The translations under genes were made by a program, and so were the position numbers. Shown here one piece after another: positions 25,639 through 35,225 of a stretch of 64,000 nucleotides of DNA. The number at the start of each line of letters is the position of its first letter. Within the stretch, counting starts at the first letter, position 1. The stretch is from an uncultured Gemmatimonadaceae bacterium (lineage in GTDB: Bacteria > Gemmatimonadota > Gemmatimonadetes > Gemmatimonadales > GWC2-71-9): assembly GCA_964585655.1 (NCBI GenBank), contig CAZPER010000012.1, positions 1,019 to 65,018 on the forward strand, given 5' to 3'. The notes beneath the pieces were generated by a model. It was not told the DNA's origin and did not search any database. It saw only the letters and a list, made by a program, of their open reading frames with translations.

Positions 25639-26381
25639 GGGCGGACGGTAGCTCCCCCCCGCCACCCCGCCCCCACCAGGCTCGTCCGCGCCGCCTCCTG
25701 CAGCCGCCGGATCGTGAGCTCGGGGATGTTGCTCATCCCCGGGATGGACGGGGGCAGCGTCAGCGGGTCCACCCCCGCCACGGTGCCTAACAGCACCACC
25801 GCCGCCAGGTAGGTCCCCGCCGGCGACGGATGGAACCCATCTCCCGCCGCCACCGAGAGGGTCTGCCGCTCCGCCAGCGCCAGCTGCCACGCCTCCCCGA
25901 CCGGGGCGAAGCGTCCCTGCACCCCCGCCGCGGCCGCCGCGTACGAGGCGCGGCACGCGGCGAGCGGCCCCGGCTGGTCCACCCCCGGCCACACCATGTA
26001 GAGCACCGGTTCCGCCCCCGCCGCGCGGATGGGCGGCGCGAACTGCGTGGTCCACGCCACCAGCGAGTCCCGGCTCTCCGGCAGCGTCGAGGGCCCCTGC
26101 TGCATCACGACGAAGTCCCACCGCTCCCGCGCGAGGGTCGCCAGCGCGGTTCCCTCCACCAGGTGGTCCTGCAGCGCCGCGTTGGGGAAGGCGACCATCG
26201 CCGTCCTCGGTCGCGGCAGTCCGGCCTGCAGCGCCACCGCCTCGAACGCCGCCGGCAGGTCATTGGCATACGTGAACGAGTTGCCGATGAAGAGCACGCG
26301 GAGCGTCGCGTCGTCGGCCGGCGCCGGCGGGGCCTGGCAACCGAGCAGGACGAGGCAGGTGCTGAGGATCCGGAGGGGCAT
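25635..26381 (-). CDS. SGNH/GDSL-like hydrolase family lipoprotein
   Basis: Lipobox LLGC, block I-like FIGNSFT and block V-like DGFHPSPAG. Confidence 0.6.
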   Translation of the reverse strand: MPLRILSTCLVLLGCQAPPAPADDATLRVLFIGNSFTYANDLPAAFEAVALQAGLPRPRTAMVAFPNAALQDHLVEGTALATLARERWDFVVMQQGPSTLPESRDSLVAWTTQFAPPIRAAGAEPVLYMVWPGVDQPGPLAACRASYAAAAAGVQGRFAPVGEAWQLALAERQTLSVAAGDGFHPSPAGTYLAAVVLLGTVAGVDPLTLPPSIPGMSNIPELTIRRLQEAARTSLVGAGWRGGATVRP

Positions 26382-26569
26382 GGAGCGAACCTACGTCGGC
26401 CCGATGGCTCCGGATACCGGACCGGGGTTCGAGACCGGTAAGGCAGCGCTAAATCCATGTGGTGGTTGTTGTTGTGTGAGCATTCAACAACTTTCAGTAA
26501 CGTACAGCAATGTCTTATAACACTTTACCATTGACAATTGACCAGTGATTCAACAAGTTGTGCCCCCTT

Positions 26570-27238
26570 ATGGTGAAACCCGACTCCGATACCGACAATC
26601 CCCGCTGGCAGCGTCGCCCGACCGAGCGCCGCCGGGAGATTATCGACGCCGCCGCCAAGGTCTTCGGCGAGAGCGGGTACGACTGCGCCACCATCGCCGA
26701 GGTCGCCGAGCGGGCGGGCGTGAGCAGCGGCACGGTGCTCAACTACTTCGGCTCCAAGGGAGACCTCTTCGAGGCCACCCTCGCGGAGCGGTTCCTCACG
26801 GTGGTGGTGGAGAGCGAGGCGCTGACCGCCACCCACCAGGGGAGTTATCGGGAGCTGCTGCACGCGCTCCTCGCCCGGAAGTGGCAGCTGCTCACCGATT
26901 CCGCGACCGCCGACCTGATCCTCTTCGGCCTCGCCAAGGCGAAGACCTTTCCTGAGGCCACCGGCCTCATGTGCCGGGAGATCGGGCAGCGCTACCGCCG
27001 CCTGGTGATGGGGGCGCTGGCCGCCGGGGTCCGGAGCGGCGAGTTCCGCCCCCTCGACCCCGAGGTGCAGGCCCGCCTGCTCGGCGCCGGGCTCGCCGGC
27101 CTGATGCTCGAGGTCAAGCACTTCTCCCGCTTCGACTCGTCCTCCCCCGATGCCGAGACGCTCTTCGCGCAGTTCCTGGCGTCGGTGGATCATGCGCTCG
27201 CGGCGCCGGGGGCGGCGTTTCTGGGAGAGGGATTGTAG
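26570..27238 (+). CDS. TetR/AcrR family transcriptional regulator
   Basis: The ORF track starts at TTG 26558; ATG 26570 is preferred. HTH segment ATIAEVAERAGVSSGTVLNYF. It sits upstream of an RND operon. Confidence 0.85.
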   Translation: MVKPDSDTDNPRWQRRPTERRREIIDAAAKVFGESGYDCATIAEVAERAGVSSGTVLNYFGSKGDLFEATLAERFLTVVVESEALTATHQGSYRELLHALLARKWQLLTDSATADLILFGLAKAKTFPEATGLMCREIGQRYRRLVMGALAAGVRSGEFRPLDPEVQARLLGAGLAGLMLEVKHFSRFDSSSPDAETLFAQFLASVDHALAAPGAAFLGEGL

Positions 27239-27264
27239 GCGGTAGCGACGGTAGCGACGGCAGG
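27236..27264 (+). repeat. GGCGGTAG-family short array (CGGTAGCGA x2)
   Basis: It begins at the TetR stop codon TAG (27236-27238). Confidence 0.7.
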
Positions 27265-27295
27265 CCCACAACGTGAGCAACGAAACGAGAACGGT

Positions 27296-28390
27296 ATGGT
27301 TCGCGGCAGCCTGGTGATCGGGACGGTGGTCCTGCTGGTGACGGGGGTGAACGGCTGCGGCAAGGCCGGCGCGGCGGAGCGGCCGGCGCCGCCGCCCACC
27401 GAGGTGAGCGTGGTGACGATCGTCCCGGAGACGGTGCCCGAGGAGTTCGAGTTCGTGGGCACGGTGCAGGCCTACCGGCGGGTGGAGGTCCGGAGCCCGG
27501 TGATCGGCATCATCACCGCCCGCCCGTTCAGTGAGGGCGCCACCGTGAGCCCGGGCCAGGTGCTCTACCAGATCGACAGGACGGTGTACGAGGCCGCCTT
27601 CCGGAGCGCGGAGGCGGGGCTGCAGAACGCCCAGCGCACCGTGAACCGGCTCACGCCGCTGCTCGCGGATCACGCGGTGGCGCAGAAGGACGTGGACGAC
27701 GCCGAGACCGCGCTGCTGCAGGCGCAGGCGACGTACGACCAGGCGAAGAAGAACCTGGACGACACCACCGTCCGGGCCGAGATCTTCGGCCGGGTGGGCA
27801 AGGCCAACCTGGAGCTGGGCGGGCGGGTGTCGGGCTCCGCCGACCTGCTCACCACCATCGACCAGCTCGATCCGGTCTACGTCTCCTTCCGCCCCTCGAG
27901 CCAGCAGCTGCTCGCCTGGCGGTCCTCGCCGCGCACATCCACGCTGCTCCGGCCCGGCAGCGCGCTGGGCATCGAGGTGGTGCTCCCCGACGGGCAGGTG
28001 ATCCCCCAGAAGGGGGTGCTGGACTACATCGACCCGGTGCTCGAGGCGGGGACCGGCACCCAGGAGTTCCGGGCCCGGTTCACCAACCAGGACCGGCGGC
28101 TGGTGCCGGGCCAGTTCACCCGGGTGCGGATCTCCGGCATCGCGCGGCCGCAGGCCATCGCGATCCCGCAGCGCGCGGTGCAGCAGCAGATGGGGCGGCG
28201 CCTGGTCTACGTCGTGGGCCAGGGCGACACGGTCTCGGTGCGGGACATCGTGGTCGGCCCGTGGACCGGTGACCGCTGGATCGTGGAGCAGGGGCTGGCG
28301 GCCGGGGACCGGGTGATCGTGGATGGGTTCCAGAAGACCGGCCCCGGCGCGGTGGTGCGCCCGGTGCCGTTCGGGGAGACCGCCCGGTGA
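27296..28390 (+). CDS. efflux RND transporter periplasmic adaptor subunit
   Basis: Lipobox VNGC with HlyD/AcrA-like coiled-coil and beta-barrel regions. 4 nt overlap with the permease gene. Confidence 0.9.
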   Translation: MVRGSLVIGTVVLLVTGVNGCGKAGAAERPAPPPTEVSVVTIVPETVPEEFEFVGTVQAYRRVEVRSPVIGIITARPFSEGATVSPGQVLYQIDRTVYEAAFRSAEAGLQNAQRTVNRLTPLLADHAVAQKDVDDAETALLQAQATYDQAKKNLDDTTVRAEIFGRVGKANLELGGRVSGSADLLTTIDQLDPVYVSFRPSSQQLLAWRSSPRTSTLLRPGSALGIEVVLPDGQVIPQKGVLDYIDPVLEAGTGTQEFRARFTNQDRRLVPGQFTRVRISGIARPQAIAIPQRAVQQQMGRRLVYVVGQGDTVSVRDIVVGPWTGDRWIVEQGLAAGDRVIVDGFQKTGPGAVVRPVPFGETAR

Positions 28391-31300
28391 GCGAGCCCGA
28401 GATCAAGTACTTCTTCATCCGGCGGCCGGTGCTGGCCGCCGTGCTGAGCATCACCATCACGCTGCTCGGGCTCTTCGCCCTGCAGCGGCTGCCGGTCAAC
28501 CGCTACCCGCTGATCACCCCGCCGGCGGTGAGCGTGTCGGCGGTGTACCCCGGCGCGACCGCGGAGGACGTGGCCCAGGCGGTGGCGGCGCCGATCGAGC
28601 AGCAGCTCTCGGGGCTGAACGGCCTGCTGTACTTCAAGTCCACCAACAGCGCCGACGGCGCCCTCAACCTGCAGGTCTATTTCGACATCAGCCGCGACCA
28701 GGACCTGGCCGCGGTGGACGTGCAGAACGCGGTGAAGCTGGCGGAGCCGCAGCTGCCGGAGGCGGTGCGGACCAACGGCATCGTGGTGACCAAGGCGCAG
28801 AGCGACATCCTGTTCGCCACCGCGCTCTTCTCCGATGACCCGCGCTACGACGCGGCGTACCTCACCAACTACGCCAAGCTCTACATCGAGGACGAGATCA
28901 AGCGGATTCCCGGCGTGGGCAACGCCCGGGTGTTCGGCCAGCTCGAGTTCTCGATGCTCATCTCCCTCGACCCGGACAAGCTGGCGCAGCTGGGCCTGAC
29001 CGTGGGCGACGTCGCCGCCGCGGTGCGGGAGCAGAACACCACCAACCCCGCCGGCCGGCTGGGCCGGGAGCCCTCGCCGAGCGGCACGGAATTCACCGTG
29101 CCCGTCACCACCCAGGGGCGGCTCACCACGCCGGAGGAGTTCGGCGACATCATCCTCCGCGCCCGCCCCGACGGCTCCCTGGTCCGGGTGAAGGACGTGG
29201 CCCGGGTGACGCTGGGGGCGCGGAACTACGACCAGGTGGCGCGGGTGGACGGCAAGCCCACGACCTTCCTGCTGGTCTACCTCCGCACCGGCGCCAACGC
29301 GCTCGACGTGCGGCAGGCGTTCGAGACCCGGATGAACGAGCTCCAGCGCGGCTTCCCCGAGGGGGTCCGCTGGGTCATGCCCTACGACACGACGCCGTTC
29401 ATCACCGAGTCCATCCGCGAGGTGGTGAAGACCCTGGCGGAGGCGATGTTCCTGGTGACGCTGGTGGTGTTCCTCTTCCTGCAGAGCTGGCGCGCCACCC
29501 TGATCCCGGTGCTGGCGGTCCCGGTCTCGGTGATCGGGACCTTCCTCGGGCTGCTGCTGATCGGCTTCTCGGTGAACGTGCTGACGCTGTTCGGGCTGGT
29601 GCTGGCCATCGGCATCGTGGTGGACGACGCCATCGTGGTGCTCGAGAACGTCGAGCGCATCATGGCGGAGGAGAAGGTCTCGGCAAAGGTGGCCGCCGAC
29701 CGCGCCATGCGGCAGGTGGGGGGCGCGCTGATCGCGATCGTGCTGGTGCTCTGCGCCGTGTTCATCCCGGTGGCCTTCCTGGGCGGCATCACCGGCGAGA
29801 TGTACAAGCAGTTCGCGGTGACGATCGTGCTCTCGGTGGTGATCTCCGGCATCGTGGCGCTGACGCTCACCCCCGCGCTCTGCGCCCTGCTGCTCAAGGA
29901 AGACACCACCCCGGACCACTCGACCAACCGGTTCTTCTGCTGGTTCAACGCGGCCTTCGGCAAGGTCACCGACCGCTACATCGGCGGCGTCACCCGGATC
30001 CTGGGGCGCCCGCGCACCACGCTGGCGGTGTTCGCCACGATCCTGGCGCTCACCGTGGTGCTGTTCCAGCGCACCCCGCGGGCGTTCATCCCCTCGGAGG
30101 ACAAGGGCTTCTTCGCCATCGCGGTGCAGCTGCCGGACGGCGCCTCCAAGCAGCGCACCGAGGCGGTGGTCAGCGAGATCGAGCAGTTCCTCCTCAAGGA
30201 CGAGGGGGTGGCCCACGTGGGCGCGCTGGTCGGCGTGGACGCGCTCAGCTTCGCGGCCCAGACCAACAGCGCCATCATCTTCATCAACCTAAAGCCGTGG
30301 GAAGAGCGCAACCGTCCCGACCTGGCGCTCGAGGCCATCGTCGGCCGCGCCAACGGCCAGCTGTGGCAGATGAAGGAGGCGCTCGCCTTCGCCTTCAACT
30401 TCCCCGAGATCCCCGGGCTCGGCACCACCAGCGGCCTGGAGATGAACCTGCAGGCGCGAGGCGGCCAGACGTTCGCGCAGTTCGCCGGCGAGGTGCAGGC
30501 CTTCATCCAGGACGCCAACAAGCTCCCCGAGTTCGGCGGGGTGCAGACCACCTTCCGCGCCGACGTGCCGCAGCTCTACCTGCACGTGGACCGGGAGGCG
30601 GCCAAGGCCCGGGGCGTGGCGCTCACCGACCTGTTCCAGACCCTGCAGGCGATGCTGTCCACGCTCTACATCAACGACTTCAACCTCTACGGCAAGACCT
30701 ACCGGGTGCAGGCGGAGGCGCAGGCGGCGTTCCGGCAGCGGCCCGAGGACATCGGGCGGCTCTACGTCCGCAGCAACCGCGGCGAGATGGTGCCGGTGGG
30801 CGCGCTCACCCGCACCGAGTTCCGCGGCGGGCCGAGCATCCAGTCCCGCTTCAACGGCTTCACCTCCGCCCTCATCACCGGCGTCCCGGCGGCGGGCAAG
30901 AGCTCCGGCGAGCTGCTGGACGCGGTGGAGAAGCTGGTGGCCGACAAGTACGAGTCCCAGGGGGTCGGCTACGGCTACAGCGGCCAATCGTTCCAGGAGC
31001 GGGCCTCGAGCGGCGACAGTGGGCTGGTCTTCGCACTGGGGCTGGTGCTGGTGTTCCTGGTGCTCGCGGCCCAGTACGAGAGCTGGTCCATCCCGTTCGC
31101 GGTACTGCTCGGCATTCCCTTCGGCATCTTCGGGGCGTTCGTCGGGGTCTACTTCCGCGGCATGGCGAGCGACGTCTATTTCCAGGTGGGGCTGCTCACG
31201 GTGGTGGGGCTCGCGGCCAAGAACGCGATCCTGATCGTCGAGTTCGCCACCGAGCTGCGCAACCGGGGGGCGAGCATCGCGGAGGCCGCCGCCGAGGCGG

Positions 31301-31563
31301 CCCGGGAGCGGTTCCGGCCCATCCTGATGACCTCCTTCGCCTTCATTCTCGGGGTGCTGCCGCTGGCGATCGCCAGCGGGGCCGGGGCGGCCAGCCGGCG
31401 CTCCCTCGGTACCGGCGTCTTCGCCGGGATGCTGACCGCCACGCTGGTCGGCATCTTCTTCATCCCGCTCTTCTTCGCCCTCATCCGCCGCTTCAGCGAG
31501 CGCGGCCTCGGGAGCCGCGCCCCGCTCGCCGCCACGCCCGCGCCCGCGGTGGAGGGCCACTGA
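28387..31563 (+). CDS. efflux RND transporter permease (AcrB/HAE1-like)
   Basis: 1058 aa with the N-terminal FFIRRPVLAAVLSI pattern and 12-TM RND architecture. Confidence 0.95.
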   Translation: MSEPEIKYFFIRRPVLAAVLSITITLLGLFALQRLPVNRYPLITPPAVSVSAVYPGATAEDVAQAVAAPIEQQLSGLNGLLYFKSTNSADGALNLQVYFDISRDQDLAAVDVQNAVKLAEPQLPEAVRTNGIVVTKAQSDILFATALFSDDPRYDAAYLTNYAKLYIEDEIKRIPGVGNARVFGQLEFSMLISLDPDKLAQLGLTVGDVAAAVREQNTTNPAGRLGREPSPSGTEFTVPVTTQGRLTTPEEFGDIILRARPDGSLVRVKDVARVTLGARNYDQVARVDGKPTTFLLVYLRTGANALDVRQAFETRMNELQRGFPEGVRWVMPYDTTPFITESIREVVKTLAEAMFLVTLVVFLFLQSWRATLIPVLAVPVSVIGTFLGLLLIGFSVNVLTLFGLVLAIGIVVDDAIVVLENVERIMAEEKVSAKVAADRAMRQVGGALIAIVLVLCAVFIPVAFLGGITGEMYKQFAVTIVLSVVISGIVALTLTPALCALLLKEDTTPDHSTNRFFCWFNAAFGKVTDRYIGGVTRILGRPRTTLAVFATILALTVVLFQRTPRAFIPSEDKGFFAIAVQLPDGASKQRTEAVVSEIEQFLLKDEGVAHVGALVGVDALSFAAQTNSAIIFINLKPWEERNRPDLALEAIVGRANGQLWQMKEALAFAFNFPEIPGLGTTSGLEMNLQARGGQTFAQFAGEVQAFIQDANKLPEFGGVQTTFRADVPQLYLHVDREAAKARGVALTDLFQTLQAMLSTLYINDFNLYGKTYRVQAEAQAAFRQRPEDIGRLYVRSNRGEMVPVGALTRTEFRGGPSIQSRFNGFTSALITGVPAAGKSSGELLDAVEKLVADKYESQGVGYGYSGQSFQERASSGDSGLVFALGLVLVFLVLAAQYESWSIPFAVLLGIPFGIFGAFVGVYFRGMASDVYFQVGLLTVVGLAAKNAILIVEFATELRNRGASIAEAAAEAARERFRPILMTSFAFILGVLPLAIASGAGAASRRSLGTGVFAGMLTATLVGIFFIPLFFALIRRFSERGLGSRAPLAATPAPAVEGH

Positions 31564-31565
31564 CC

Positions 31566-33038
31566 ATGCCCAATATTCGCCTGACATCCGCGCTGCTCCT
31601 GCTCACAGCGGCCTGCGCGGTCGGCCCGACCATTGATCCCGCGCCCGCCCCGGCGCCCATCATCCAGCGGAGCGCCCCGACCGGCGCCCCCGCGCGGGCG
31701 TTCTTCGATTCGCTCGCAGCGGCGCGGCAGGGGCAGCCGGCGGAGAGCGCCGGGGTGGCGCGCACCCCGGACGCCGAGCCCACCCTCGACGCCACCGGGG
31801 ACCTGGCGTGGCTCACGGTGCTCAACGATCCGGCGCTGGTGGAGCTGGTGCGGACCGCGGTGGCCAACAACCGGGAGCTGCGGGTCGCGGTGGCCCGGGT
31901 GCGGGAGTACCGCGCGCAGCTCGGCGTGGCGCGGGCGGATCTCTTTCCCCAGCTCAGCGCCAACGGCACCGCCAGCACCAACCAGAGCATCTTCGGCGCC
32001 TTTCCGCCGCAGAAGTTCGACGCGGTCCGCATCACCGCCGACCTGTCATGGGAGCTGGATTTCTGGGGCAAGCTGCGGCGCCAGGGGCAGGCCGCGCGGT
32101 TCGACTACGCGGCGCGGGAGTCGGACCAGCGCGCCACGGTGCTCTCCCTGGTGAGCGATGTGGCCACCGCCTACCTCGAGCTGCGCGAGCTCGACGAGGA
32201 CCAGCGCATCGCCGAGGAGACCCTCGCCAGCCGGCGGGCCACGCTGTCGCTGGCGGAGCAGCGCTTCGCGCAGGGGCTGATCTCGGAGCTGGACGTGCGC
32301 CAGTTCGAGGCGGAGGTGGCCGAGCCGGCGGGGCGGGTGGCGGAGTTCTCCCGCCGCCGGGTGCAGAAGGAGAACCAGCTCCGGCTGCTGCTCGGCGAGG
32401 ATCCGGGCGCGATCACCCGCGGGGGCCCGCTGGCGTCGGTGGTGCTCGCGGTGACGGTGCCGGACTCGATCCCGTCCACGCTCATCATGCGCCGGCCCGA
32501 CGTGCGGCGCGCGGAACAGGAGTGGGCGGCGGCCACCGCGCGGATCGGGGTGGCCATCGGCAACCGGCTCCCCCGGGTCAGCATCACCGGGCAGTACGGC
32601 ACCCAGCGTCCCGACTTCTCGGGGCTCTTCGGGAGCCAGGCGGAGGTGTACACCTTGCAGGGGGGGATCTCGATCCCGCTCTTCACCGGCGGGCGGCTGG
32701 TCAACCAGGAGCGAGCGGCACGCGCGCGGGCGGAGCAGGGGCAGGCCCGCTACGAGCAGGCAGTGCTCTCCGCGCTGCGCGAGGCCAACGACGCGCTGGT
32801 CGGGGTGCGGACCTCACGGGACCAGCTGGTGGCGCAGGAGACCCAGGTACGCGCCCTCCGGCGGGCCACCGCGCTGGCGGGGCGGCGGTACGAGAGCGGC
32901 GTCTCGAGCTACCTGGAGGTGCTGGACGCGCAGCGCGGGCTGTTCACCGCGGAGCTGGCGCTGGCGGCGGTCCAGCGGCTGTACCTGGGGAGCACGGTGC
33001 AGCTGTACAAGGCGCTGGGGGGCGGCTGGACGGAGTAG
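31566..33038 (+). CDS. efflux transporter outer membrane factor lipoprotein (NodT family)
   Basis: ATG at 31566 (MPNIRLTSALLLLTAACAV) lies 2 nt after the permease stop. The sequence has OMF repeats. Confidence 0.9.
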   Translation: MPNIRLTSALLLLTAACAVGPTIDPAPAPAPIIQRSAPTGAPARAFFDSLAAARQGQPAESAGVARTPDAEPTLDATGDLAWLTVLNDPALVELVRTAVANNRELRVAVARVREYRAQLGVARADLFPQLSANGTASTNQSIFGAFPPQKFDAVRITADLSWELDFWGKLRRQGQAARFDYAARESDQRATVLSLVSDVATAYLELRELDEDQRIAEETLASRRATLSLAEQRFAQGLISELDVRQFEAEVAEPAGRVAEFSRRRVQKENQLRLLLGEDPGAITRGGPLASVVLAVTVPDSIPSTLIMRRPDVRRAEQEWAAATARIGVAIGNRLPRVSITGQYGTQRPDFSGLFGSQAEVYTLQGGISIPLFTGGRLVNQERAARARAEQGQARYEQAVLSALREANDALVGVRTSRDQLVAQETQVRALRRATALAGRRYESGVSSYLEVLDAQRGLFTAELALAAVQRLYLGSTVQLYKALGGGWTE

Positions 33039-33054
33039 CCGCGAGCACTACATA

Positions 33055-33128
33055 CCACAAAGAGCACAAAGAGCACAAAGAGCACAAAGGGACTTCACCG
33101 CCCTTCGTGTCCTTGGTGCCCTTCGTGG
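33055..33128. repeat. CACAAAG/CTTCGTG-family palindromic element (9-nt GCACAAAGA repeats in the left arm)
   Basis: Arms 33055-33091 and 33101-33128. It lies between convergent genes. Confidence 0.85.
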
Positions 33129-33158
33129 TTGCCCTCTTGGTACTCTCAAGGGCACCGG

Positions 33159-33734
33159 TCAGGCAGTATAGGCGAGTTCCTTAAACCGGCGGCGCCAGCC
33201 GCCCTCGACCGGCTCGTACACATGGCAGGCGGTGAGCTCCCCGCCATACACGTGCAGGGTCACGGCGGGCTCGGCGCCGGCGTTCTTCAGGATGTGATAC
33301 TCGAACGGCGGGATCAGCGCCCCCGCCTCTCCCACGCCCGCCACCACGGTCTGCTCCGGGGTGAAGTGCACCAGGCCCCGCTCGGGGTCTCCCCCGCAGA
33401 TGGAATAGCTGGTCACCTCGATGGTGCCACGGTAGACGCACTCCACGCACCAGGTGCCCCCGTGGTCGTGGAGCATCGTCCCCTGGCCCCGGTCCCAGAC
33501 CATGACCAGCACGCTGAACCGGCCCTGCGGATCGCGATGCAGCAGGCGGCGGGCATAGGTCCCCTGCGCGGGCACCAGCCACTCCGCCCCCAGGTTGATC
33601 TCGCCGGCGCTCAGGGCACTCTTGAGCACCTGCTTCACGTCCTGGACGATGGTCTCATCGTCGCGAATGCGCGTCGCGTCGTCGAGGCGGCGCAGCAGCT
33701 CGGCGGTGGTGGTGGATTGGGTGGCGGTCGACAT
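33159..33734 (-). CDS. cysteine dioxygenase-like cupin protein
   Basis: 191 aa with a cupin His motif (MLHDHGGTWCVECVYRG) and a later HxL motif, resembling type I cysteine dioxygenase family proteins. Confidence 0.65.
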   Translation of the reverse strand: MSTATQSTTTAELLRRLDDATRIRDDETIVQDVKQVLKSALSAGEINLGAEWLVPAQGTYARRLLHRDPQGRFSVLVMVWDRGQGTMLHDHGGTWCVECVYRGTIEVTSYSICGGDPERGLVHFTPEQTVVAGVGEAGALIPPFEYHILKNAGAEPAVTLHVYGGELTACHVYEPVEGGWRRRFKELAYTA

Positions 33735-33954
33735 CGGGCCTCCGGGCGCGCCCGGTCGGGAGGGCGCAAGGGGTTGGCGAAACGGCGGTTGCCCGGCGAA
33801 GCGCCGGAGCGGAGTGGAGACGCCGGAAGTCCGGTGGTCAGCGATAGTCTAGCGTTTCTCTAGGCTACGCAGAATGTGTGCCGCCCGCCAGCCCGGCGGT
33901 GCCGCACCCCGTCCCGGAAATCAGCCGTGCCCTTCGTCGCTGATATGACGCCGC

Positions 33955-34668
33955 TCAGTCCTCTCCCCTCTCACCCCCCTCGTGCTCGTCCGCCGACCGG
34001 TGGCAGCGGGCGCAGTCGGCCAGATTCCGGACACCCTCCTCCCGGTGCTCCCGCGCCATGTTCTCCGGAGTGTGTTCGTGGCAGCCGTAGCAGGTGTACG
34101 CCCGGAAGCTGCCTGGCTGGTCGTGACAGGTGGCGCACCGGACGTCGTGGTCGCTGTCCAGCACGAAGTACTGCTGGTGCTCGAAGTCGGCCGGGGTCCA
34201 GGCCCGGGTGGTGTGACAGGCGGCGCAGTCGTTCGCGGCCTGGGTGTGGAGCCCGTCGTCCGGCCGGTTACCGTCGTGACAGGCGGCACAGCGGGCGCGC
34301 TCGGCATCGGCCAGCGCCTCGTGCTCGAACTCCCGGGTGGCGCTGGCGGGGTCAGCGCCGGCGTGGTCGGTGTGGCAGGCCATGAAGTCGGTCGCCTGGA
34401 CCGAGCGATGGACCCCCGCCAGCCCGGGGCGCGGCGCCCACCCCGCGGGGCGCACCGTCCGCGCCAGCCCGATGCTGTCCGGCGCGTGGCACTCGGCGCA
34501 GCGGGACGCCGGCGTGCCGCGGAAGGGCGCATGGCAGGCCAGGCAGTTGTTGACCAGGTCCGCATGGCCCGCCACCATCGGGCCGGGGAGGAGCGCCGTC
34601 CGCGGCGTGAGCAGCGCGAGGCCGGCACCCAGCAGCAGCGTGAGCAGGAAGACGAGGCGCGCGGGCAT
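33955..34668 (-). CDS. multiheme c-type cytochrome (seven CxxCH motifs)
   Basis: ATG at 34668 (MPARLVFLLTLLLGAG...). CxxCH motifs: CLACH, CAECH, CAACH, CAACH, CATCH, CYGCH, CARCH. One single-Cys FMACH is also present. Confidence 0.8.
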   Translation of the reverse strand: MPARLVFLLTLLLGAGLALLTPRTALLPGPMVAGHADLVNNCLACHAPFRGTPASRCAECHAPDSIGLARTVRPAGWAPRPGLAGVHRSVQATDFMACHTDHAGADPASATREFEHEALADAERARCAACHDGNRPDDGLHTQAANDCAACHTTRAWTPADFEHQQYFVLDSDHDVRCATCHDQPGSFRAYTCYGCHEHTPENMAREHREEGVRNLADCARCHRSADEHEGGERGED

Positions 34669-34673
34669 GGCGG

Positions 34674-35225
34674 CTACCAGTGCCAGAAGAAGGCGACGGC
34701 GGCGATGTGCACCAGGGCCAGCGCCGCGAAGATCGCGTTGAGCGGCATGTGCACCACGCGCCACCGCCGCATGAGGTCCACCGTCGCGGCGTTGAGCACC
34801 CGGTTGTCCTCGGAGTCCGGCGTCGCCTCCTCCGCCTTGACCACCTCGATGGCGCGGCGGAGCAGCACCGCGCCGGTGAGCCCGCTCGCCACCACGATGA
34901 GCATCGCTCCGAGCGCCAGCCAGGGCAGCACCGCGCTGAAGTGAATCCCGCTGTGCAGCACCAGGCAGAGCGAGCCCGCCCAGGCCAGCGACTCATGCAG
35001 CGCGAGGAGTCCCTTGGGAGAGCCGGCGCGGATCAGCTTCCGCTTGCGGAGGGAGTAGAGCAGCGAGAGCAGCAGGAGGATGGTGCCGATCGGCCCGAGG
35101 TAGAGTCCCACCCAGGCCAGGCCGGCCCGGTGCAGCGCATAGTCAAAGGTGATGCCCGCGAGGATCAGTCCCGCGAAGAGCCCGGCGCTGGGGAGCACCT
35201 GGCGGACCAGCAGTGAGCGGTGCAT
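34674..35225 (-). CDS. His-rich polytopic membrane protein (possible b-type haem / electron-transfer subunit)
   Basis: About 5 predicted TM helices with conserved-looking His in TM3 and TM5. It ends 5 nt upstream of the multiheme cytochrome gene. A GTG start at 35231 is also possible. Confidence 0.55.
   Translation of the reverse strand: MHRSLLVRQVLPSAGLFAGLILAGITFDYALHRAGLAWVGLYLGPIGTILLLLSLLYSLRKRKLIRAGSPKGLLALHESLAWAGSLCLVLHSGIHFSAVLPWLALGAMLIVVASGLTGAVLLRRAIEVVKAEEATPDSEDNRVLNAATVDLMRRWRVVHMPLNAIFAALALVHIAAVAFFWHW

Noticed and set aside
21508-26121. Very long ORFs in the six-frame track lying antisense to well-supported genes. Examples: 21508..26121 (-), 7730..10768 (+), 43278..46694 (-), 28207..30216 (-), 61278..63722 (-), 1755..3521 (+), 5603..7627 (+).
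   Set aside because: Their translations are Arg/Gly/Pro/His-rich low-complexity strings with no motifs. Each lies opposite a gene with clear family signatures. Stop-poor antisense frames are expected in very GC-rich DNA.
26421-26439. ACCGGGGTTCGAGACCGGT resembles a tRNA T-arm (GGTTCGA), possibly a tRNA remnant or att site.
   Set aside because: With T54-T55-C56 fixed, only two base pairs of the T stem form. No acceptor or anticodon arm can be drawn from the flanks.
34200-34400. The FMACH segment in the multiheme cytochrome could be an eighth, single-cysteine haem site.
   Set aside because: Only one Cys is present, and such sites are rare in bacteria. Without alignment or structure it cannot be told apart from a chance Cys-His pair. 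The protein is counted as seven haems.
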